IMG/VR virus record: IMGVR_UViG_3300027973_000032
Span: 32,001-96,000 of that record
Direction: 5' to 3' (one strand)
From: a virus
Length of the DNA: 64,000 nt
Position 1 is the first letter of the stretch, and each line of letters starts with the position of its first letter. The position numbers were made by a program, and so were the translations under genes. Under the pieces are notes generated by a model, which was given only the letters and a program-made list of their open reading frames with translations, searched no databases and was not told the origin of the DNA. Positions 1 through 10,105 of the stretch are shown one piece after another.

Positions 1-1767
1 TATGACTTCGGGCTTGTTCTTGATATAATCTAATTTGGTGTTGTCAGTTTGATCCCAATCACTTTGAATGGCTGCTGTAATTTGTCTAGTGTTATCTCTA
101 AATGTTATGCCAGATTCTGTGTCTACTGCACCAACGAAAGATAATCCTGTACTATCAACCGTGGCCGACTTTTGAATAGTTGCAGAACCAACAGGAGCAT
201 TTTGAAACACAAACTTAGTACCTGCTGTAGTATCAGTAAAGTTTTCAGCAGCCACAGTATCAAGTCTACTAATACCATTCACATAGCCAGTAGTTCCCCA
301 ACCCACAGCTGAAAAACGTGACAGCACATCACCCTCAACCATAGCACTAGGTTCATCCACTGTGCCACGTGCGGCTCTGCCTGCATACAATGGATAAGTG
401 CCTACACCAAAGCTATCTGAACTTATGCGCGAACTCTTACCATCTTGAGCTGTTAATTGAATTAATGTGCCATCATATAGTGTGACACGTGGTTGCGTAT
501 GACCATTATTAGTACCAACAATACTTAATGTGGATTTGGTTGGGTCCGAACTAACTGGACTATATATGGCTGTTAGCCCCTCTCTATTAACATCAAATAC
601 TGTTCTACCTAAATTGTTTCTTATTCTAATTGGTCGATTAAAATCCACATAGCCTGTGGCATCTGTTGAACCAACTATGATGTCACGCTCAGGATCAGTA
701 ATCTTAATTTGATTGTCCACCAATGTGAACTCACCTACACTAAGGCCTGCACCATTCTGAACATATAACAAATTGTCCCTAGCACCAATGGCAATATCCT
801 TACCCAAGGTTTCGTCAAATATAAAGATAGTGCCCGGACCTAAATAGATACTTTTCCAACGTTTGGTCGGTGTACCAAGAGTACTAATGTTATTGGTCAC
901 TGGTACTATATTGGTGTTAACAATAACATCGCCTAGTCCACGACTATCTAAAAATATATCACTATTGTTGGCACTTTGAACGTTAAAGTTAGCTTTGGTT
1001 AATGGACGTAATAGATCAAACTTGGCACCAGTTAATGGCAATACCTGTCCCAATGAAGATAGATCCAATCCCACAATAACATAATTACTCCACTCGGCAG
1101 GATCACCTTCTCCAGCTAATCCTCGATCCCGTACCACACTGGGCACAATGCCTACACCAGTTAATATGTCATTAATTTGAATAGCACTGATAGGAATGCC
1201 ACTAGTTCCTGGCGCTAATTCGAATACGGTCCATGGTGCAACAACTCCATTTATGTTTCCATAAGTGCCAGTTAATAAATTGTCGCTTGGGCCAGTGCTG
1301 CTATCCACTATACTGGCTAATTCATACTGCGTGATATATGCTTCAATATAGAGATTGCTGTTTAAGATATTACCATTGTCGCCTACTTTAAGACTGGGCA
1401 CTTGTACACTGCCACTGCCATTAGGATTGAGTATAATATCAGTATCAGGCACCGTACCTGATAATGTCTGCAAATCTTCACCATTGATTACAAAATTGCC
1501 TAGGTCAAGACTGATCCTGCCTTCGCCATCTATATAAACATTGTCACCAGTCTTGACTCCGCCCAGTCTAGTTTCTGTGGCAGGTAATAAGGTATAATCA
1601 CTTTGACCACCTCCAGCAATAACAGTACCACCAGGAGTGACAGTGTCTAATTGTATACGTAGGGTGTTGGTGTTGCTGTCATACCAAATACGGTTGAGCT
1701 CGCCTATACGAGTATTGCCGTCTGGATAACTATGGAAACTGGTGAATAATTTTTGTGTGAAGGACAC
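1..1767 (-). CDS. Tail-fibre/virion structural protein, 3' end runs off the window
   Basis: Not in the ORF track. Read by hand at both ends: GTG at 1765-1767 after GGGAG gives MSFTQKLFTSF..LPATETRLGGVKTG. The same frame near base 1 reads QSDWDQTDNTKLDYIKNKP, a motif typical of phage fibre proteins. G/T/S/N-rich. Confidence 0.7.
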   Translation of the reverse strand, partial: MSFTQKLFTSFHSYPDGNTRIGELNRIWYDSNTNTLRIQLDTVTPGGTVIAGGGQSDYTLLPATETRLGGVKTGDNVYIDGEGRISLDLGNFVINGEDLQTLSGTVPDTDIILNPNGSGSVQVPSLKVGDNGNILNSNLYIEAYITQYELASIVDSSTGPSDNLLTGTYGNINGVVAPWTVFELAPGTSGIPISAIQINDILTGVGIVPSVVRDRGLAGEGDPAEWSNYVIVGLDLSSLGQVLPLTGAKFDLLRPLTKANFNVQSANNSDIFLDSRGLGDVIVNTNIVPVTNNISTLGTPTKRWKSIYLGPGTIFIFDETLGKDIAIGARDNLLYVQNGAGLSVGEFTLVDNQIKITDPERDIIVGSTDATGYVDFNRPIRIRNNLGRTVFDVNREGLTAIYSPVSSDPTKSTLSIVGTNNGHTQPRVTLYDGTLIQLTAQDGKSSRISSDSFGVGTYPLYAGRAARGTVDEPSAMVEGDVLSRFSAVGWGTTGYVNGISRLDTVAAENFTDTTAGTKFVFQNAPVGSATIQKSATVDSTGLSFVGAVDTESGITFRDNTRQITAAIQSDWDQTDNTKLDYIKNKPEVI

Positions 1768-1777
1768 GGGCTACTCC

Positions 1778-2068
1778 CTATCCCTCGAAGGGCTCGTCTT
1801 CGTCTGCTACTATGGCTGTGAACTTGTCTGCTTGATTTGGCAATCCTGCCATCTTTTTCATTATTTCTATTTTTTGTTGTAATGGCGGAACCATTACTGG
1901 ATTTGGATCCAATTCTGGATCTTCATGATCGTGTTCATCATGTCCTGGCATTTCCACCGTTTGATGACCACCGTGAATATTAACTTCTACGCCATCATTG
2001 TGCTCTTCCTCACCATCCATGGAGGATAACATATTCACGATGTCTCTTAAAAATTCTGCTGCTCTCAT
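1778..2068 (-). CDS. Hypothetical acidic protein with MRAAEFL N-terminus
   Basis: ORF preceded by TAAATA motif. Confidence 0.7.
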   Translation of the reverse strand: MRAAEFLRDIVNMLSSMDGEEEHNDGVEVNIHGGHQTVEMPGHDEHDHEDPELDPNPVMVPPLQQKIEIMKKMAGLPNQADKFTAIVADEDEPFEG

Positions 2069-2083
2069 ATTAGTATTTAGTAA

Positions 2084-2293
2084 TTATTCTGCAACCCAAG
2101 GCCTTCCTTCGACTAGGCCTCCTATATTGTCATTGTCCACAACATCATTGTCACTATATTGCGTGGGCAATTGCTCTAACACATATACAGATCTTGGATT
2201 GCCAACTCTTGCTCTGTCCAATGCAGCCAAGTCTAACTTGGCTCGTTGTCTATCTTCTTTGGTAGGTAAATCACTTATTCCATTTGCTGCCAT
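2084..2293 (-). CDS. Hypothetical protein
   Basis: ORF with GAAAGGA SD. Confidence 0.65.
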   Translation of the reverse strand: MAANGISDLPTKEDRQRAKLDLAALDRARVGNPRSVYVLEQLPTQYSDNDVVDNDNIGGLVEGRPWVAE

Positions 2294-2335
2294 TTCTATA
2301 ATCCTTTCTAATACTTATCAAATAAATAAACTACT

Positions 2336-3535
2336 ATGATTAATAAAACACCATTTCACAAACTACTTAAAGATCTTAAAGAGTCTGGCAAATATAGAGT
2401 ATTCAATAACATCGTCCGTGAGAAAGGCGAATTCCCCAATGCTATTTGGTACGGTAAGTTTACTATTAAAAACATCGTAAACTGGTGCAGCAACGATTAC
2501 TTGGGCATGGGCCAACATAAGGCTGTTATTGATGCCATGCATACAGCACTAGATCAAACTGGCTCAGGCTCGGGTGGCACTAGAAACATTGGTGGCACTA
2601 GCAGCTATCATGTGGCCCTAGAGAACGAACTTGCTACCTTACATAACAAAGCCAAAGCATTACTGTTCAGCAGTGCTTATGTGGCCAATGAATGGGCATT
2701 GATTGCACTGAGTAGGATTATTCCTGATATTCATTTCATCAGTGACAGTCAAAACCATAATAGCTTGATCATAGGCATCAATCATAGTCGTGCTGCAAAG
2801 ACTGTGTTCAAACACAACGATATGGAAGACCTAGAACGTATTTTAAAGGAAGTCAAAGCTCAAGGTCAAACTCCCTGTATCGTATTTGAAAGTGTTTACA
2901 GCATGGACGGCGACATTGGCCTAATTAAAGAAATATGTGATCTAGCAGACGAATACGAAGCTATTACCTACATTGACGAAGTACACGCTGTAGGCCTATA
3001 TGGTCCACAAGGCGGTGGTGTTGCTCAACAATTAGGCCTAGAGTCTAGGATCGACTTGATCAACGGCACACTGGGCAAGGCGTTTGGCGTGCAAGGAGGT
3101 TATGTTGCTGGCGACTCTGACGTTATTGATGCTATTCGTAGTGTGGCAGCTGGATTTATCTTTACTACTAGTATGAGTCCAGTTAGCTGTGCTGGTGCGT
3201 TGACTGCTGTAAAGTGGTTGAAGGAACATCAAGAACTAAGAGACAAACATCAAGAACGTGCCCTCAAACTAAAGGTAGCATTGATTGAAGCTGGCTTGCC
3301 TTATATGGATATTTCCACATCACACATTGTACCAGTGCTAGTTGGCAATGCTGTTCGTTGTAAGGCCATGAGTGATGCCTTATTGGATGATCATAATATC
3401 TATGTTCAACCTATTAACTATCCAACTGTGGCAGTAGGTACAGAACGACTAAGATTCGCACCTACTCCATATCACGATGATGGCATGATCGAAAAATTGA
3501 TCATTGCTCTTAAGGATGTGTTTAATAGATTTTGA
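2336..3535 (+). CDS. hemA: 5-aminolevulinate synthase (PLP-dependent)
   Basis: [46 protein letters not shown] (PLP Lys), [21 protein letters not shown]. Confidence 0.93.
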   Translation: MINKTPFHKLLKDLKESGKYRVFNNIVREKGEFPNAIWYGKFTIKNIVNWCSNDYLGMGQHKAVIDAMHTALDQTGSGSGGTRNIGGTSSYHVALENELATLHNKAKALLFSSAYVANEWALIALSRIIPDIHFISDSQNHNSLIIGINHSRAAKTVFKHNDMEDLERILKEVKAQGQTPCIVFESVYSMDGDIGLIKEICDLADEYEAITYIDEVHAVGLYGPQGGGVAQQLGLESRIDLINGTLGKAFGVQGGYVAGDSDVIDAIRSVAAGFIFTTSMSPVSCAGALTAVKWLKEHQELRDKHQERALKLKVALIEAGLPYMDISTSHIVPVLVGNAVRCKAMSDALLDDHNIYVQPINYPTVAVGTERLRFAPTPYHDDGMIEKLIIALKDVFNRF

Positions 3536-3973
3536 TTAGGGTTGCATGGATGCTTTTAACATCCATCCATGCTTTCTATGAGCATCCATACGTTCAGCTA
3601 GGAAGTTGCTGAATCCATGCTCTCCATACTTTTCCGCTGCATCATAGACCATTTTGAAAAGCTTAATCATCTTTTCATTGTCCTGTGCCAATTCCATCAA
3701 CATACTGTTTTGATCTAATATCTCAGTCTCGTCATCAACTTGTGATAACATACTGAAACGCTGTAAGCTGGCTGGAACAAATGTGCCTAGGCTACGAATC
3801 TTTTCAGCAAAATCATCAATGGCACCATAGACTTCCTCATAGATTTTACCAAACAAATCGTGATATTCTAAAAAGTCTGGGCCTGTGATGTTCCAGTGAA
3901 AATTGTGTGCTTTTAGATAAAAACTAAACTCACTGGCAAAGGCTACTTTAGCTGCTTTATGTAATTCTTCCAT
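3536..3973 (-). CDS. dps: Dps family ferritin-like protein
   Basis: KAHNFHWNITGPDF..HDLF, DDFAEKIRSLG, KHGWML. Confidence 0.92.
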   Translation of the reverse strand: MEELHKAAKVAFASEFSFYLKAHNFHWNITGPDFLEYHDLFGKIYEEVYGAIDDFAEKIRSLGTFVPASLQRFSMLSQVDDETEILDQNSMLMELAQDNEKMIKLFKMVYDAAEKYGEHGFSNFLAERMDAHRKHGWMLKASMQP

Positions 3974-3983
3974 CTAGTATTTA

Positions 3984-4403
3984 TTAGAAAGAATTGTTAA
4001 ACCAGCCTATCTTACGTCCTTGAGCAATACGCTGTTCATACTCTGCCACACTACCGGGCCAACGCCATGCCCATATGGCCACACATAACATAAAGATACC
4101 TGTGTATATGATTCCCCTTGTAGGCACATTGGTTAGGTACATGGTCAACAAGCTTGAACTCATCATTGCAATCATAAAGTATTTCATCTTAGTTGGAAAC
4201 ACTCTGCACTTGTTCCAATTAGTTAGGAATGGCCCGAATAGTTTGTGATTGTATAGCCAGGCATGCATACGTGGACTGCCCTTGGCAAAACAATAGGCTG
4301 CAAACACTATGAAACAACTGTAGGGAATGCCTGGTACTATAACACCAATATAGGCCATGCCCAAACTTAAAAATCCCAATGCAATCCAAAAATACTTTTT
4401 CAT
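3984..4403 (-). CDS. ybaN: YbaN/DUF454 inner membrane protein
   Basis: LGFLSLGMAYIGVIVPGIP..F..AAYCFAKGSPRMHAWL..HKLFGP. Confidence 0.85.
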   Translation of the reverse strand: MKKYFWIALGFLSLGMAYIGVIVPGIPYSCFIVFAAYCFAKGSPRMHAWLYNHKLFGPFLTNWNKCRVFPTKMKYFMIAMMSSSLLTMYLTNVPTRGIIYTGIFMLCVAIWAWRWPGSVAEYEQRIAQGRKIGWFNNSF

Positions 4404-5248
4404 ATGTTTCCCCAAGAGTTTTCACTTTTACGTGATTGCAAATCAAAACCATTTGTACACAATCTACGACGACAGACTACAGGATTGGTTGACCAATTCA
4501 CTGCGCCTTCTAGTATATTGCCCAATGTGCCGTTTTGTTCGCACCAGCCTCTGAAAACATATCCTTGTCTATCTATGACAAATTGTTCTACTCCGGCCCA
4601 ACACATATGCCCAGTATACTCGTTTAGTTTATGTATACGAATTTGTTCAATTTGATTGGAGATTTGATTTGACTCTACTCCTTTGTCTTTGTAATAATAG
4701 TCTATTTGCTCTTGACTATAATCATAATACTCATTGTTACCTCGAGTAAAGTTTTTATAGAGTAAGTTTAGTTCTGTAATAAATCCACTATGCCTAAATG
4801 AATCTCTTATTTGAACTATTTCATTCCAGTTTGTAGGTTGTATAGGAAACTTGACTAATAAGTCAACAGAATTACTTTGTAATAACTCTGCTACTTTTAG
4901 TATATGATCTACGTCTGTACGTTTATGCACACTGATGATTACATTGGCAAAGTGTGCTAGATTCTCCTGCCACCATGCTAATGATTTAGTGCCATTTGTT
5001 TCTAGTGTAAGTTGCTTGCAGGGATCTTTTCGTACTGAGCGCAGGGCCAAGTCCAGCCCTTCATAGGCTGTGGGCTCTCCACCTACAATTTGTAAATTAA
5101 ATTGACTAAATGTATCGTAAATTATGCCAAAGGCTTTGACAAATTTATCAGGATCTGGTAAAGGTATACTGCCCGTCTTTAATGTATCTGGACAGTATTC
5201 ACAATTGTAATTGCAGTGATTTCCCAAACTCCATTGTATTCGAATCAA
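4400..5248 (-). CDS. Radical SAM protein
   Basis: CNYNCEYC, GGEPT, C-terminal Cys cluster (CWAG..C..C..C). Confidence 0.88.
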   Translation of the reverse strand: MIRIQWSLGNHCNYNCEYCPDTLKTGSIPLPDPDKFVKAFGIIYDTFSQFNLQIVGGEPTAYEGLDLALRSVRKDPCKQLTLETNGTKSLAWWQENLAHFANVIISVHKRTDVDHILKVAELLQSNSVDLLVKFPIQPTNWNEIVQIRDSFRHSGFITELNLLYKNFTRGNNEYYDYSQEQIDYYYKDKGVESNQISNQIEQIRIHKLNEYTGHMCWAGVEQFVIDRQGYVFRGWCEQNGTLGNILEGAVNWSTNPVVCRRRLCTNGFDLQSRKSENSWGNI

Positions 5249-5754
5249 TTGATATAGTCCAGCCAGCTGTCATGTCTAATATTAAATGGTATGTTCTTTC
5301 TTTTATTTACCATTTCAAAATAGTCAGGACGGTATGGCTTAACTTTAGGTTTCATCTTAGTGCTATTGCCTTTGGCACTGTTGCATGGGCTACAGGCTGT
5401 GACAGTATTTTCAAACACAGTCTTGCCACCTTGGCTCAATGGCTTGACATGATCCAATGTGCAGTCACGCTTGTCTAATAGTACGCCGCAGTATTGGCAA
5501 GTATGATTGTCACGTAGGAAAACATTGCTTTTACTGAATCTAACAGAAGTTTTGGGCTTCATGTATTCTCTCAACATGACCACAGCAGGCACATTAGTTT
5601 CCCAATCCACACTGTGAACTATCCACTCCTCATGCCAAGCAATCACAGAGGCTTTATCCAATACTAGATATCGAATAGACTCTTGCCAATCAATAGTGCT
5701 CAAAGGTAGAAAGCTTAGTGGTTGGCCGTCAGCATTAAGTACTAGAGTATCCAT
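5245..5754 (-). CDS. HNH endonuclease (McrA/HNH_5-like)
   Basis: LVLNA..PL, VFLRD..CQYCG, TLDHVKPLSQGG..FENTVTACSPCN..KG. Confidence 0.9.
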   Translation of the reverse strand: MDTLVLNADGQPLSFLPLSTIDWQESIRYLVLDKASVIAWHEEWIVHSVDWETNVPAVVMLREYMKPKTSVRFSKSNVFLRDNHTCQYCGVLLDKRDCTLDHVKPLSQGGKTVFENTVTACSPCNSAKGNSTKMKPKVKPYRPDYFEMVNKRKNIPFNIRHDSWLDYIN

Positions 5755-5794
5755 AAATGGATTCCAAAAATTGTATTATACTATCATTTTCCAT

Positions 5795-6349
5795 TTATGC
5801 AAAGATTGATTGGACAAAGTCCATACCACTTCGTTCCACACTTTGTAGCCATTGATCCTTTTGATCATGTTCAAAGACTAACTCATAGTCAGCTGAACTG
5901 ACCAACCAACTGTGATTTCGACTTCTTGGGGGAGTTCCCTGATATTCATCCATTAATTGACTTGGTGCCCAGCCACACATACCTAAGAACATTCTAAAAT
6001 GTTTTGGTGCATCACCATTGCCTAATCTATACATTAGGTCATCACTGCTGCTTATACTGAAGTCATCATTGATCTGCATGGTGTTCCCACAGGCCCAATC
6101 ACTGCTATGTAACATGGTTAGAGCTTTGATATTAACTGGGCCGCCAATATGTAAGTAGCCTGGGATATTATATTCTTCGCCAACTTGTCTAGAAAAGTCT
6201 CTAATTAGAATGGTACTACGTTTGTTTAACAGTAAGCCTACACTGCCATTAATATGATCTTCGGTCATAAAGATTACAGCAGTTTTCCAAAAGCCGTCAT
6301 CAATTTTAGGAGGTGCGATTAATAATTTGCCTGTAAAGTTATCTGTCAT
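5795..6349 (-). CDS. yqgE: YqgE/AlgH (DUF179) family protein
   Basis: GKLLIAPP, GSVGLLLNK, GGPV, FLGMCGWAPSQL..E. Confidence 0.85.
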   Translation of the reverse strand: MTDNFTGKLLIAPPKIDDGFWKTAVIFMTEDHINGSVGLLLNKRSTILIRDFSRQVGEEYNIPGYLHIGGPVNIKALTMLHSSDWACGNTMQINDDFSISSSDDLMYRLGNGDAPKHFRMFLGMCGWAPSQLMDEYQGTPPRSRNHSWLVSSADYELVFEHDQKDQWLQSVERSGMDFVQSIFA

Positions 6350-6363
6350 AGTAAAGGTATTTA

Positions 6364-7128
6364 TTAACCTATATTGGAGCTAGGCATATTATCAGAGTCA
6401 GCATTAAACATAGCTACCTCCTGACGTCTGCGCCTAACCAATCCACCCAATCTTCTTCCACCAGCAGTGTTATAATTTAACATGGCCTGTGCTATTTGTT
6501 TTTTATTTCTACGGCCATTATCACTGACTTGATCCAACCATCCTGGGCCACCATTAAAAACAAAACTGGTCAATGCATCACGTTGACTGTTATCAAATCC
6601 ATACTTGTGGGCTTGATCAAATCTTACTACAATATCATAAAATTCTTGAGCTTTTTGCCTTAGTCTACGGTCTGCTTCCCTTTCATCAATTACTTCATTA
6701 CGACTACTAGCTTTGGTGCCATAGCCGTTAGTCCATTGTTTATAGTCCCAAAATGCTTTTGCTTTAAACCCTTCGTTTTGTTTTACAAATTGTATAAGTT
6801 GTTCACTGGGTTTACCAGATCCCGATATTGCACTAGCAGGTGTACGTTGACCTGCCGCAGATGAATTTGTGCTAGTATTACCAGAAGAGGGTTGATTTTT
6901 TAAATTTTTAGATTTTGGATTATTGGATGTTGAAACAACATTATCATTAGAAGAAGATTTTGCTTTTTTAGGATTTAGAAGATCAGGCAAATCTTTTGAA
7001 AAACCTGATAGATAATCCAGCAAACCTTTCCCTGGTTTACCACCTGGTAACATTGCCGACGTGGCCTGACCAATTAAGTCATCCCACCCATCATCCCCAA
7101 AGGCTTCTTTGAATTCTTTGAATCTCAT
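6364..7128 (-). CDS. GH24 lysozyme with low-complexity N-terminal extension
   Basis: NEGF..AFWDYKQWTNGYGT (E-D-T triad), DALTSFVFNGG, GLVRRRRQE. Start chosen at MRFKEF. Confidence 0.85.
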   Translation of the reverse strand: MRFKEFKEAFGDDGWDDLIGQATSAMLPGGKPGKGLLDYLSGFSKDLPDLLNPKKAKSSSNDNVVSTSNNPKSKNLKNQPSSGNTSTNSSAAGQRTPASAISGSGKPSEQLIQFVKQNEGFKAKAFWDYKQWTNGYGTKASSRNEVIDEREADRRLRQKAQEFYDIVVRFDQAHKYGFDNSQRDALTSFVFNGGPGWLDQVSDNGRRNKKQIAQAMLNYNTAGGRRLGGLVRRRRQEVAMFNADSDNMPSSNIG

Positions 7129-7367
7129 TAGGCATTCCCTTTCCATACTGGTAAAGGACCGCCATAGTTACCGCCTTTGACTTTCTTACCTTTGACCTTT
7201 TGACGCTTTCTATTAATGGTAAACTTCTTTTCTGTTTCCCTAGCTCTGTATCCTTGACTGATACAACTGCTCAATTGACTAGCACCCAACTGACTATCTG
7301 GCTTAGTACTGGTGCAGAGTTTTCTACTGGCTGCTCCAGATTCTTGAATAATTTCCCGTATCTTCAT
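7128..7367 (-). CDS. Small basic protein with MKIREIIQE N-terminus
   Basis: ORF after TAAATA motif; Lys/Arg-rich. Confidence 0.65.
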   Translation of the reverse strand: MKIREIIQESGAASRKLCTSTKPDSQLGASQLSSCISQGYRARETEKKFTINRKRQKVKGKKVKGGNYGGPLPVWKGNA

Positions 7368-7371
7368 AAAT

Positions 7372-8196
7372 TTATTTATCGTAGTCAAGCCATTCGTACA
7401 CATTCAACCATGCCCTACTCCCTATAGTTTCTTTGAGATGTTTTAGGTTGGCACAGGCATTGCTCCTGTTCTTCACATATTGATCTTTGGGCATGGGTTC
7501 TGTAATCACGGGTACTCCCTCTTGTTCAGCTATGTATTCGGCAATGTCCAAATAACTATGACTTAGTCCAGAACCCACATTCCATATACCTGATCCCTTG
7601 ACCTGTTGAATAAAGTCCCAATGCAATTTACATACGTCACCCACCCATACCCAATCTCTTTTGACTTTGTCAGCATTTTCCCATACTGTGACACGCCCCT
7701 CCTTACGTGCTTGTTGGCGCCATTGATGTATGGCATTGGTCTTATGTGCTTTGACATGCTGCCATTTACCATATACACTGAAGTATCTAAAACCTTGTAC
7801 AAAACTGGTATGAGCTCTTTGAAAAGCATATCTATCAAATAAGTATTTGCTCCATGCATAGGTACTTAATGGATTACAAGGAGCCATTTCCTCAAAGTTC
7901 TTAGTGTCACCATACACTGTGCTGCTGCTGGCATATTGCAGATTGACTCCTTGTCTTTGGCATTCATCCAATAGCCAACAACTGAAGTCATAGTTCTTGC
8001 CCAATATGCTTTCCACATCTGACTCCATTGAGTCATGTACATCGGCTAAATGTATTACCCAATCATATTGACGTACACTGGGCCTTGTGCTATCATCCCA
8101 CTCATACCCATCTACTTGCACACCTTCCTGTTTGTGTAGAAAGGACATCATGTTTCTTCCAACGAATCCCAAGTAGCCGGTGACTAATATCTTCAT
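7372..8196 (-). CDS. hldD: NAD-dependent epimerase, ADP-L-glycero-D-manno-heptose-6-epimerase-like
   Basis: ILVTGYLGFVG, YASSSTVYG, PLSTYAWSK (YxxxK), GFRYFSVYG, RDWVWVGD. Confidence 0.75.
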   Translation of the reverse strand: MKILVTGYLGFVGRNMMSFLHKQEGVQVDGYEWDDSTRPSVRQYDWVIHLADVHDSMESDVESILGKNYDFSCWLLDECQRQGVNLQYASSSTVYGDTKNFEEMAPCNPLSTYAWSKYLFDRYAFQRAHTSFVQGFRYFSVYGKWQHVKAHKTNAIHQWRQQARKEGRVTVWENADKVKRDWVWVGDVCKLHWDFIQQVKGSGIWNVGSGLSHSYLDIAEYIAEQEGVPVITEPMPKDQYVKNRSNACANLKHLKETIGSRAWLNVYEWLDYDK

Positions 8197-8212
8197 AATA
8201 CACTCCTTGGTA

Positions 8213-8241
8213 TTGACAGAAGCAAAGTTAACTAGTATTAT
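8213..8241 (+). promoter_or_regulatory. Sigma70-type promoter
   Basis: TTGACA-17-TATTAT, 8 nt before ATG 8249. Confidence 0.6.
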
Positions 8242-8248
8242 TTACATT

Positions 8249-8722
8249 ATGAATCAAACAACATTTCCAGAACAATCACGTAGAATGACTGATGAAGAAG
8301 CAGAAACTTACTTCAGCACCATGCTAGATCAAATTAAAGAATTCAATCCCAATGAGATTGTGGCAGTGGCACGTAGCGGATTTAGCTATGCCATGTGGGT
8401 TGCTCAAGAACTTAGACTGCCATTAGGAGCATATTGGCATGAACGTGCTGAATTGTCTGTTGGCGGTGATCCAGAGCGTATTGTATTCGTTGATGACAAC
8501 ATACTCAGTGGTAACTCCTACAAGGATACCAAACTGTTTATGACTAGGTATTATCCAGACTGTGCTTGGCGATGGGCTGTGTTATTCAGTGACTGGAATA
8601 CTCCTGAGGATGTTAGAAACGAAATTATTCAAGGTGTTAGGTTGCCCTATTTCGCAATGGAACCTATGTGGGGCAGTAGGAAAATAAGTATAGATTATGG
8701 AGTTAGATACAGAGATGAATGA
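8249..8722 (+). CDS. Type I phosphoribosyltransferase-like protein
   Basis: IVAVARSG and PRPP loop IVFVDDNILSGNS. Confidence 0.75.
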   Translation: MNQTTFPEQSRRMTDEEAETYFSTMLDQIKEFNPNEIVAVARSGFSYAMWVAQELRLPLGAYWHERAELSVGGDPERIVFVDDNILSGNSYKDTKLFMTRYYPDCAWRWAVLFSDWNTPEDVRNEIIQGVRLPYFAMEPMWGSRKISIDYGVRYRDE

Positions 8723-9143
8723 AGAACGTAAAAACAAAACCGCATTTGATTTTGATGGCGTATTTGTGCCAGACTGCGAAAAGATTCCTACTATAGGTGA
8801 TACACTGGAATTTTTTGAATTGACCATGTACATGAAACCAATTTTTGAACCAGTTGGTGAATGGCACTTGCTCACTGCTAGATTGGCTGAACATGAGGAA
8901 ATTACCAAAAGTTGGCTGCTCAAACACTTTAAGAATCAGCCAAAAGAAATTTATCACAGTCGCACCAGTGATGAAGAACCAGAAGCATACAAGGCTAGAA
9001 TGATCAAAGAACACGACATTGATGTGTTTGTAGAAAGTGACCCTAGGACTGTGCGTCATATCCAAAGAGAATATCCAGATATGGCCGTGGTACACTTTGC
9101 TGACTTTTGCCAAATGTACTTGAACTATAACGCAGGTACTTGA
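8715..9143 (+). CDS. HAD-superfamily phosphatase
   Basis: FDFDGV, LLTAR, K..MIK, FVESD. Confidence 0.75.
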   Translation: MNEERKNKTAFDFDGVFVPDCEKIPTIGDTLEFFELTMYMKPIFEPVGEWHLLTARLAEHEEITKSWLLKHFKNQPKEIYHSRTSDEEPEAYKARMIKEHDIDVFVESDPRTVRHIQREYPDMAVVHFADFCQMYLNYNAGT

Positions 9144-9168
9144 CTTAGATAGCGTTTTCGCATATAAT
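9140..9168 (+). promoter_or_regulatory. Sigma70-type promoter
   Basis: TTGACT-17-TATAAT. Confidence 0.65.
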
Positions 9169-9199
9169 GTAAATGTTGTCAACTTATACACTTACAGAT

Positions 9200-9451
9200 A
9201 TGCGAAAACTACTTATTAGCTTACTGGCCATTAACTTAACTGCTTGTGGTTCTTTGCCACAGCCATTGTGCCCCGGAACTAGAGAATACGACATTCAAGT
9301 TTGCCGAGGTGAAAAAGCCTTTAGAGTTCCAAACTTTTATGGCGAGGCACAACAACGCTATGAAAAATGCTTGCAATGCATTGATGTAGATCAAAATTGC
9401 TACCATATAAATCCTCCAAAACAATGCAAGATTAATAACTGGAAGTATTAA
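9200..9451 (+). CDS. Putative lipoprotein
   Basis: MRKLLISLLAINLTAC lipobox; Cys-rich mature region. Confidence 0.65.
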   Translation: MRKLLISLLAINLTACGSLPQPLCPGTREYDIQVCRGEKAFRVPNFYGEAQQRYEKCLQCIDVDQNCYHINPPKQCKINNWKY

Positions 9452-9654
9452 TGAAGATTACTAACGTAGATGTTGGTTTGTTCAAACTACCAGGTGTGGT
9501 GCTTGATCGAGAAGAACTCAACGAAGAACGACTTCTCGAAATACAGACTTGGTGCATAGAACATAATTGTGGCAAACAAATGACTGACATCATGTGGAGC
9601 TTCAAAAAAGCCAGTCATCGTGACCTGTTTATCCTGCACTGGAACGATCAATGA
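9451..9654 (+). CDS. Small protein, F-x-L-x-W C-terminal family
   Basis: WC..NCG, ends DLFILHW; coupled to neighbours. Confidence 0.7.
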   Translation: MKITNVDVGLFKLPGVVLDREELNEERLLEIQTWCIEHNCGKQMTDIMWSFKKASHRDLFILHWNDQ

Positions 9655-9872
9655 AGCCCTGCTCCTTCAAATATGCTGCCAATATAGATGGCTATTCTGA
9701 TAGTATCTGGGGCAGAGTCATTAATTACTACTATGACCACGTTCACTTTGAAAAATATGGCAACACTTTTAACTCTTGGTTAGCCAAAGATTATAGGGCT
9801 AGGATAGAAGGCGGCAGTATCATCTTTGATGATGAGAAATATATGAATTGGTTCATGCTTAAATTTCAATGA
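9651..9872 (+). CDS. Small protein, F-x-L-x-W C-terminal family
   Basis: Ends FDDEKYMNWFMLKF; ATGA overlap. Confidence 0.7.
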   Translation: MKPCSFKYAANIDGYSDSIWGRVINYYYDHVHFEKYGNTFNSWLAKDYRARIEGGSIIFDDEKYMNWFMLKFQ

Positions 9873-10105
9873 GGAAGCCTAAGTTAATTTGGGTTGACAC
9901 TGAAGACCCACTAATCTTGGCTGCAAGAATGAATGCTAGCTATGTTTACGATGGAGCAGAATGCGATCCAGTGTTTAACGAACAGACCATGGACCCTATA
10001 CAGGAGTGGTGTCGTCAAACTAACTGCGGTGTACGCATAAGCTTTGACATGTTTCGTTTTAAAAATCAAGCACACAAAACCATGTTCTTGTTGAGGTGGG
10101 GATGA
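9869..10105 (+). CDS. Small protein, F-x-L-x-W C-terminal family
   Basis: EWCRQTNCG, ends TMFLLRWG. Confidence 0.7.
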   Translation: MRKPKLIWVDTEDPLILAARMNASYVYDGAECDPVFNEQTMDPIQEWCRQTNCGVRISFDMFRFKNQAHKTMFLLRWG

